Of a DNA stretch of 64,000 nt, positions 57,786 through 64,000 are shown piece after piece. The DNA comes from Oceanispirochaeta sp. (GTDB lineage Bacteria > Spirochaetota > Spirochaetia > DSM-2461). The stretch covers positions 2,464,001 to 2,528,000 of the forward strand of contig CAXXOA010000001.1 of the NCBI GenBank assembly GCA_963666275.2, written 5' to 3'. Numbering within the stretch: position 1 is the stretch's first letter; every line of letters starts with the position of its first letter. The notes under the pieces were generated by a model. It had not been told where the DNA came from. It was given only the letters and a program-made list of their open reading frames with translations, and searched no databases. The translations under genes and the position numbers were made by a program.

Positions 57786-57917
57786 GCCTGAAGGGCTGTT
57801 TCACTCTTTCTGCCCCCCATAGGTAATCCCTCTTTCTCTTATTCAAATTTGATTAATGAACGCGGGAGCATTAGGCTTTAATTAAATAGCAATATAATAA
57901 TATTTAAGGAGGGCATA

Positions 57918-58307
57918 ATGCCGCTACTACATTGGGATGAGAAGTACAGCACCGGCATCCGTGAAATGGATGAGCAGCACAAGAAATGGATGGAATTGAT
58001 CAACAGATTCTATGACAGGATCAATGACGTTAAACTTCAGGACAATATGAAAGACACCCTGAAAGAAGCCATTGACTACACGGTTTACCATTTTGATCAG
58101 GAAGAGAAATTCATGGCCGACAAGGGGTACAGCAAACTGTCGGAACAGAAAAAGGAGCATGAAAGGATCAAAAACAAACTGTTTGAATTTCAGGATCTGC
58201 TGGACCACGATAAACTTGTTGTTTCCAGCCCCCTGACCAGAGAGATGAAAAGCTGGTTTAACGAACATATCACCAATATGGACAAGGAGTACGGGGATCT
58301 GTCCTGA
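57918..58307 (+). CDS. Single-domain bacteriohemerythrin-like protein
   Basis: W...YSTGI..MDEQH, HFDQEE..M...GY, QKKEH, WFNEHI...D. Confidence 0.88.
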   Translation: MPLLHWDEKYSTGIREMDEQHKKWMELINRFYDRINDVKLQDNMKDTLKEAIDYTVYHFDQEEKFMADKGYSKLSEQKKEHERIKNKLFEFQDLLDHDKLVVSSPLTREMKSWFNEHITNMDKEYGDLS

Positions 58308-58595
58308 TATTTGTAATCTCACCGCTACGGAGTGTCTGAAAGGATCCGAATAAACCTGAGACACTCAAGCCCGGCAACAACTCCCCGTTCTGCCGGGCCT
58401 TTATCTTTATGACGGACTGAAATCCCACCGCATCCATTAGTTCCTGAAAGTGAATTCCCGTTTAAATAATACTCCTGAGTATAAAAATACCCTGTACAGG
58501 AATCCTCTGTTGCCTATTTAACGGAAAGAGCTCTTATAAAATAAGTATGGCATTGTAATTGCATATTGATCTCTAAACAATTTACGGAGGCAAAT

Positions 58596-58841
58596 ATGCT
58601 GAAACAGACATGGGAAAAAGTATTTGAATACGCCAGCTCCCCCCTGCATGGAACCTTATCCAGAAAACAGAGGAACGGAGTGAAGATTCAGGTCAACGAG
58701 GGAGACATCTATGAAAAAGCTGTCTTTTTTCTGGGAGAGGAGTTTGTGAGAATTACCGAAACCAGGGAAAATGAAACTGTCAATGTGTACTATGACTGGG
58801 AAAAGCTTTCATCCATAAAGACCATCAGTAACAAAGAGTAA
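58596..58841 (+). CDS. Small hypothetical protein
   Basis: GGAGG SD before ATG 58596, 81 aa, followed by a stem-loop at 58854-58885. Confidence 0.75.
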   Translation: MLKQTWEKVFEYASSPLHGTLSRKQRNGVKIQVNEGDIYEKAVFFLGEEFVRITETRENETVNVYYDWEKLSSIKTISNKE

Positions 58842-58963
58842 ACCCGATTCTATGAACAGATGATGCCTCAGGGCATTGTCTGTTCCCGTCGAACTGAAGA
58901 ACTGTTTATCAGATTTTCCGGACTTTGATTGAAGCCGGTCCCTGTTCTGCTTAGAATTGTAGG

Positions 58964-59995
58964 ATGGAAGGCTCAAAAATCCTGAATACAGATATCCGGT
59001 ATGTGATATTCCGGTCTTTTATCATTTTCACGGGAACAATCTCTTTGATATTCACAGTTGTCCATATCCTGCTGCAGCGGCCCCTGGTCAACATCCTGAC
59101 TAGCCTGGTGTCTCTGGGGCTCTGTCTCTTCTGGTTCTTTTTTTCAGGGAACAGAGCCAAATATACTCTTTCCCGGATCAGCTTTCTGGCTGTATTTTCT
59201 CTTGTCTGGCTTCCATTGGGATACCTGACCTCTCCCGGTTCCTACAGTGCCATGCCCTACCTGGTGATCATGGCGGCATTTATGCTGACGGTTATAGTGA
59301 AAAATCCATGGGAATATGTGTTTCCCCTTTCCATGGTGATTCAGATGCCTTTTCTTTTCCGCATGGAGATCTGGTATGCCCATCTTTTCGAGCGCTACAC
59401 CAGCGAAGAATACAGAATCAACGATCTGACCATGAACTTCACCGTTGTCATTCTCACAGTGATCCTGACAGCCATGTTCCTGATGCGGAAGTACCGGGAC
59501 TTTAACAGCCTTATGTACGATCTGAGCATACAGGATGATCTGACAGGCCTTTACAACAAACGCTATCTGATGAAAGCCCTGGAACAGGAAAAAAACAGGG
59601 CCGAAAGGACAGGCCGGGAGTTTACTCTCTTTTTCCTGGACCTGGATAATTTCAAAAAGGTCAATGACAATCTGGGTCATATGGAGGGAGACAGGATTCT
59701 GCAGGAGCTCTCTGAAATACTGCGGAACGGAATCAGAAACTATGACCTGGCGGCCAGATACGGGGGGGATGAGTTTATTCTTCTCTTTCCCGGAACTCTT
59801 CCCGAAGACGGAAAGGTCTATATGCAGAGACTGGAGATAGAACTGAAAGAGTTCTGCCGGAAATACAGCGAATTCAATCTGGCGGTCTGCTGGGGGATGA
59901 GCCACAGCCGGGGGAAAACTCCCGAAGAGATCCTGAGCGAAGCCGACAGAAATCTGTATCTGTGCAAAGCCGAAAACAGGTCTTCCTCCCGATAG
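58964..59995 (+). CDS. Membrane-bound diguanylate cyclase
   Basis: Multi-TM N-terminus; DDLTGLYNK, DLDNFKKVND, RNYD I-site, RYGGDEF. Confidence 0.93.
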   Translation: MEGSKILNTDIRYVIFRSFIIFTGTISLIFTVVHILLQRPLVNILTSLVSLGLCLFWFFFSGNRAKYTLSRISFLAVFSLVWLPLGYLTSPGSYSAMPYLVIMAAFMLTVIVKNPWEYVFPLSMVIQMPFLFRMEIWYAHLFERYTSEEYRINDLTMNFTVVILTVILTAMFLMRKYRDFNSLMYDLSIQDDLTGLYNKRYLMKALEQEKNRAERTGREFTLFFLDLDNFKKVNDNLGHMEGDRILQELSEILRNGIRNYDLAARYGGDEFILLFPGTLPEDGKVYMQRLEIELKEFCRKYSEFNLAVCWGMSHSRGKTPEEILSEADRNLYLCKAENRSSSR

Positions 59996-60021
59996 AGGTC
60001 CCGGGAGCTCTTCCGCCCTTA

Positions 60022-62712
60022 TTAAACCCTGTTTGCCCTGCTGAGCTGCTTTTTCAGCTCCTCCAGACAGACAGGCCGGGAAGACAGGTAACCCTGAAAT
60101 TCCTCGCAGCCAAGGGCCCTGATAAAATGGAGCTGATCATAGGTTTCCACCCCTTCCACAATAACTTTGATTCCCATCTCCTGAGCCAGACTGGAAATGG
60201 CTTTCAGGATAGTCCCGTCATCGGTGGGAAAATCCTTAATAAACATCCTGTCTACTTTGAGCTTGTCGGACTGAAGTTTTTTAAGATAGCTCAGGGAGGA
60301 ATAACCGGTTCCGAAGTCATCAATGGCCACGGATATATCATTCTGATGGAGCAGCTGTATGATCCTGTTTGTATGTTCAAGATCCTCTATCAGTGTGGTT
60401 TCGGTAATTTCAAAACAGATATTCCGGGTTTTGATAGGGCTTGTTCCGATCAGTTCGATCAGGTTCATAACCAGAGAGTAGTCATTGAACTCCTCCGAAG
60501 AGAGGTTGATGGAAATCCTGGCATCCCCGGGGAGCAGGGGCATAATGGATGAGATCTCCCTGAGGACTTTTCCGAGGATGCAGATCCCGAGCCTTTTGAT
60601 CTGTTTTGTCTCCTCCATGATCGGGATAAACAGGTTGGGTGACAGGGCTCCCAGTCTGGCATTATCCCAGCGTACCAGAGCTTCCGCTCCCGTAATTCCC
60701 ATGGTGCTCACATCCATCTGCAGCTGATAGACCACATGAAATTCATCCCTCAGAAAGGCATTTTCTATCTCATCCTTGATGATCCGGGTCTGCTTGACCC
60801 CTTCGTAAATGTCATGATTATAGATCAGATACTTGGCCCTTTTCATGGAGCTCAGAGCTTCAAGGGCAATAAAAGCATTATTGACAAGGTCCCTTCTGGA
60901 CTCGCCGTGATCAGTAGAAACAGCTATACCCGAGAGATACCTGAGGGGAGTGTCCATCTGCTGAAGAAACCGCATGGAGGAAATAGCCTTATCCAGGTTC
61001 TCCATAAGATCAATAATATCCCCTTCCCTTTCTATGGGAACTGACAGAAGGAGGAGTTCCGATGTGGGGACCAGAATGACCCCTTCACTGATCACAAGAT
61101 CATAGAGCCGGCTTGTAAGATTCGATATGAAATCCTTCTCTTCCCTGTCTGTGAGCCGATAGCGCAGAGAGCTCACTCCCTGGAGCTTGAGCACAATAAC
61201 GGCCTGTTTTCCGCCTGCGCTGCCGGAGGCCGCAAAGTTGGAAGTGAGCATTTCCACTGTCTGCTCAGTCATGAGATAGTAGGGCTGCATCTCATTCTCT
61301 ATGGTGATTTCACCCAGCAGAGATTTGGGTTCCGAATAGATACCGATCCAGTAGGAAACCTTTCCGGGGCGGGTCTGAACTGTATAGATTCTCAGATATT
61401 TCTGGATATAGACATTATTGGCTGCCAGGTCCCAGATATTTCCCTCCCAGGCAATATCCTTTGTCAGATCCAGTTGGAGCGAATTGATGGAACCGCTCCT
61501 CAGGAATTTATGGGGCTGTTTTCCCCGTATCTCATGAAAAGAGTATCCGTAGAGAGTTTCAAATACGCTGTTACAGTAAATGAGGCTTTTATTCCTGTCG
61601 AGAATGATGATTCCCTCATGAGAGTTGTCCGAAATATACCCGGAAGCCATAAGAAGGAGATGTTCGTTTTCCTTGAGAGAGAAAAGGAAGAGGATGACCA
61701 GAATAAAAAAGGCTAACACAGCCAGCAGAAGCGGCTGTATCCAGGGATGCTTCAGATAGAAGTTGGATTCATTCTCTATAAGCTGATTCAGATTGAAACT
61801 GCTGAGGATAAACCATGTGCCGCTGATGGAATCAAAAACCAGCGGAATATCGTCATTGGTAATGATTTCACTGAAATAGATAAGGCCGTTCTGATTAATC
61901 CGGTTTGTTTGATTTGCAACAAGGTCAGTGTAGAGTTCCGATGAGAGATTAAGCTGAAAGACAGCACCCAGATCCCTCCCGGTTTCAAAATCCTTCATGC
62001 TTATAAAATGATTCTTGTCGATAAGACCGATATCAATAGAGGACACACGGTTGGATTCATAGGATTCCAGGATTTCAAGCAGGGAAAATCCGTCAAAGTT
62101 CATAATGAGGAAGCCTTCCCGGCTTCCCTGGTGAATAATGGGAAGAGCAAAGCGGATTGTCGGCTCATAGGGAAAGACAATCTCCCCGTTTTCAATATTC
62201 AGATCAAAATCAGAAACATACATTTGTTCTGTCTGAATGGTATTCAGACTCCTGAAATAGTACCTGTCCGACTTATCCTGGAGCTCCCCGGACGGGACAA
62301 CTTCGATGGTCCCCTGATTTTTATGAACCCTGGCAATCTCTATTCCCTGATTATTCAGGTAGCGGATCTGGGAGTATTTTATCTTGCTGTTGAGAAACCG
62401 GGAAAACATGCTGACAAGCTCATCATAGAACCCGGGAGATCCCGGTTCAGCAGCAAAGTCCTGGAACTCATTGGAGTAGCGGATCAGTTTGAGATCGTCA
62501 TAGACCTCTTTGAGAAGATTCTGTATCTGATAGCTGTTAATGGCCGTCAGGAGTTCCTGTTTCTTTTCAATTTCATTGACCACCACCTCATACTGGTTGG
62601 TGTAAATGGAATGGAGGAAAAACCCCACCAGCAGGAGCGCCGGGAAACCGATCAGAATAAACCTTCTGATCAGCGGCTGAATAAAGGACGAAAGAGTCAG
62701 GTTGAATTTCAT
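60022..62712 (-). CDS. Cache-PAS-degenerate GGDEF-EAL c-di-GMP phosphodiesterase
   Basis: Periplasmic Cache domain (LQDKSDRYYF, PYEPTIRF), PAS, no intact GGDEF motif, and AEALVRW, EITE, DDFGTGYSSL, LKVDR, EGVET. Confidence 0.92.
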   Translation of the reverse strand: MKFNLTLSSFIQPLIRRFILIGFPALLLVGFFLHSIYTNQYEVVVNEIEKKQELLTAINSYQIQNLLKEVYDDLKLIRYSNEFQDFAAEPGSPGFYDELVSMFSRFLNSKIKYSQIRYLNNQGIEIARVHKNQGTIEVVPSGELQDKSDRYYFRSLNTIQTEQMYVSDFDLNIENGEIVFPYEPTIRFALPIIHQGSREGFLIMNFDGFSLLEILESYESNRVSSIDIGLIDKNHFISMKDFETGRDLGAVFQLNLSSELYTDLVANQTNRINQNGLIYFSEIITNDDIPLVFDSISGTWFILSSFNLNQLIENESNFYLKHPWIQPLLLAVLAFFILVILFLFSLKENEHLLLMASGYISDNSHEGIIILDRNKSLIYCNSVFETLYGYSFHEIRGKQPHKFLRSGSINSLQLDLTKDIAWEGNIWDLAANNVYIQKYLRIYTVQTRPGKVSYWIGIYSEPKSLLGEITIENEMQPYYLMTEQTVEMLTSNFAASGSAGGKQAVIVLKLQGVSSLRYRLTDREEKDFISNLTSRLYDLVISEGVILVPTSELLLLSVPIEREGDIIDLMENLDKAISSMRFLQQMDTPLRYLSGIAVSTDHGESRRDLVNNAFIALEALSSMKRAKYLIYNHDIYEGVKQTRIIKDEIENAFLRDEFHVVYQLQMDVSTMGITGAEALVRWDNARLGALSPNLFIPIMEETKQIKRLGICILGKVLREISSIMPLLPGDARISINLSSEEFNDYSLVMNLIELIGTSPIKTRNICFEITETTLIEDLEHTNRIIQLLHQNDISVAIDDFGTGYSSLSYLKKLQSDKLKVDRMFIKDFPTDDGTILKAISSLAQEMGIKVIVEGVETYDQLHFIRALGCEEFQGYLSSRPVCLEELKKQLSRANRV

Positions 62713-62838
62713 ATACCATTCCGGATGAAAATATTTTGCTTCAGAATCCTGAATAAGACAGATTTCACAATTTTTAAATTATAATAAATTCAGGTTTTGT
62801 TTTCAAGGAGTGCTCCCGGAGGGAGACAAGGGGAGATT

Positions 62839-62858
62839 AAAAAACGGGATTAATCCCG
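62839..62858 (-). terminator. Short intrinsic terminator
   Basis: CGGGATTAATCCCG followed by T6 on the minus strand, just after the cyclase stop. Confidence 0.55.
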
Positions 62859-62867
62859 GCGCCTCAG

Positions 62868-64000
62868 TTAAAGGGAAACCCTGTTACGGCCGCTGTTCTT
62901 TGCCCGGTAGAGAGCTTTATCCGCCTTTCTGTAGAGAACCTCTTCGCTCTGATCTTCCAAACAGTCGCATTGGGCGGCTCCCAGACTGATAGTCACATGG
63001 TCGGAAACCCGGGAAGATTCATGATCTATGGCCAGATCTTCAATACACCGTCTTATCTCTTCGGCAACTTTGGCGGCTCCTTCCAGATCTGTCTGGGGCA
63101 GGATAAGGCCGAACTCTTCGCCTCCTATCCTGCACAGACAGTCGGAATCCCTTTTTTCAAAGGCCTGAACCGAACGGGCTATGGCCTGCAGACAGCTATC
63201 CCCCATCTGATGTCCGTAGGTATCATTATAGCCCTTGAAAAAATCCACATCGAAGATGATAAGGCTCAGGGGCAGCCCCGACCGGCGGCTCCGTTTCCAT
63301 TCCGAAGTGAGCCTTTCGTTGAAGAGCCTTCTGTTGCCGATTCTGGTCAGCCCGTCCCTGTTGGCCAGCTCTTCCAGAGCCTCGTTGGCTCTCTCCAGTT
63401 CCCTGCTCACTTTGATCTGTTCTGTCACATCCGTCAGCATCAGAAGGACTTCACTATCGGGTTTTCCCGGTTCCAGCGGGGAGCTGTGGGTAATACAGTA
63501 TAGAGGAGAATTCCCCTTCTTTCTGACAGTCAGAACCTTGTCATTCAACTTACCCCGGACCAGTTTCTCCTGAATATCCCCGTAGCACCAGGTGTTATCC
63601 CCCAGGGCGAATTCAAGATCATCCAGGCTCAGGGTCTCTCTATTGTCCAGATTCAGAATGTTCTTCATTCCCTCATTGAACCAGACGATACGGCCGTTTC
63701 GGATGCGGATCAGTCCGTTATGGGAGAGTTTCACCATGGTTTCGAAAAGCTGGGTACTCGAAAGGACCCGGCTGTACCGGCTCAGGGCGATAAAGCCCGC
63801 CAGGTTGACCGTCAGAGTAAAGGCATTGGCAAACCAGGGTGCGTCCGGCCAGATTCTTTTGATGACAAACTGGGAAACAAGAATCCCCGCCATAAACAGG
63901 ATACCGCCGATTCCCATAATAAGCTGGCCCTTTCTGATCACCCGATCCGGATTCCTCAGAGCACTGAGAAACAGTTTCCACAGAAAGAAAAGCGGCAGCA
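62868..64000 (-). CDS. Membrane PAS-GGDEF diguanylate cyclase, 5'-truncated by the window edge
   Basis: DGLTRIGNRR, DVDFFKGYND, RDSD I-site, RIGGEEF. The frame stays open upstream of 63941 to the window end (LPLFFLWKLFLSALRNPDR), so the true start is probably outside the window. Confidence 0.92.
   Translation of the reverse strand, partial: LPLFFLWKLFLSALRNPDRVIRKGQLIMGIGGILFMAGILVSQFVIKRIWPDAPWFANAFTLTVNLAGFIALSRYSRVLSSTQLFETMVKLSHNGLIRIRNGRIVWFNEGMKNILNLDNRETLSLDDLEFALGDNTWCYGDIQEKLVRGKLNDKVLTVRKKGNSPLYCITHSSPLEPGKPDSEVLLMLTDVTEQIKVSRELERANEALEELANRDGLTRIGNRRLFNERLTSEWKRSRRSGLPLSLIIFDVDFFKGYNDTYGHQMGDSCLQAIARSVQAFEKRDSDCLCRIGGEEFGLILPQTDLEGAAKVAEEIRRCIEDLAIDHESSRVSDHVTISLGAAQCDCLEDQSEEVLYRKADKALYRAKNSGRNRVSL

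Noticed and set aside
1..64000. CRISPR array, tRNA or rRNA genes
   Set aside because: No regularly spaced repeats or cloverleaf/rRNA signatures were found by eye. The frequent CCGG-containing hairpins are ordinary terminator-like stems.

Overview
This window looks like chromosomal DNA from a free-living Spirochaetales bacterium (inferred from the spirochaete-style 'FANGQKD' solute-binding-protein leader and the cysS/murB/ECF-sigma neighbourhood). Most of it is housekeeping and metabolic genes: thrS, trxA, proVWX/opuA, ispH, ettA, glyA, cysS, murB, mgtE, ybaK and a c-di-GMP cluster. I found no tRNA, rRNA, CRISPR array, integrase or transposase. Points of interest: (1) a complete Thr T-box riboswitch (specifier ACC) upstream of thrS; (2) an AT-rich islet at about 4.3-8.4 kb with three toxin-antitoxin-like pairs, tandem lipoprotein paralogues (one frameshifted at a G10 tract) and a degenerate copy of the 3' end of the flanking srkA-like kinase; (3) a candidate flavin-based extracytosolic respiration locus at 10.5-19.3 kb, made of an Ndh2-type NADH dehydrogenase with repeated S-A-A-S motifs, a polyprenyl synthase, an FMN-binding fumarate-reductase lipoprotein, a CitA/DcuS-type two-component system whose sensor lacks the carboxylate-binding arginines, and a coupled membrane-anchored reductase paralogue that may act as co-sensor; (4) an operon containing both a SET-domain methyltransferase and an HDAC-family deacetylase; (5) an omptin protease, a Tat-exported flavin reductase of unknown substrate, and repeated leaderless-type promoter geometry. 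All family assignments come from motif recognition by eye; no database search was run.
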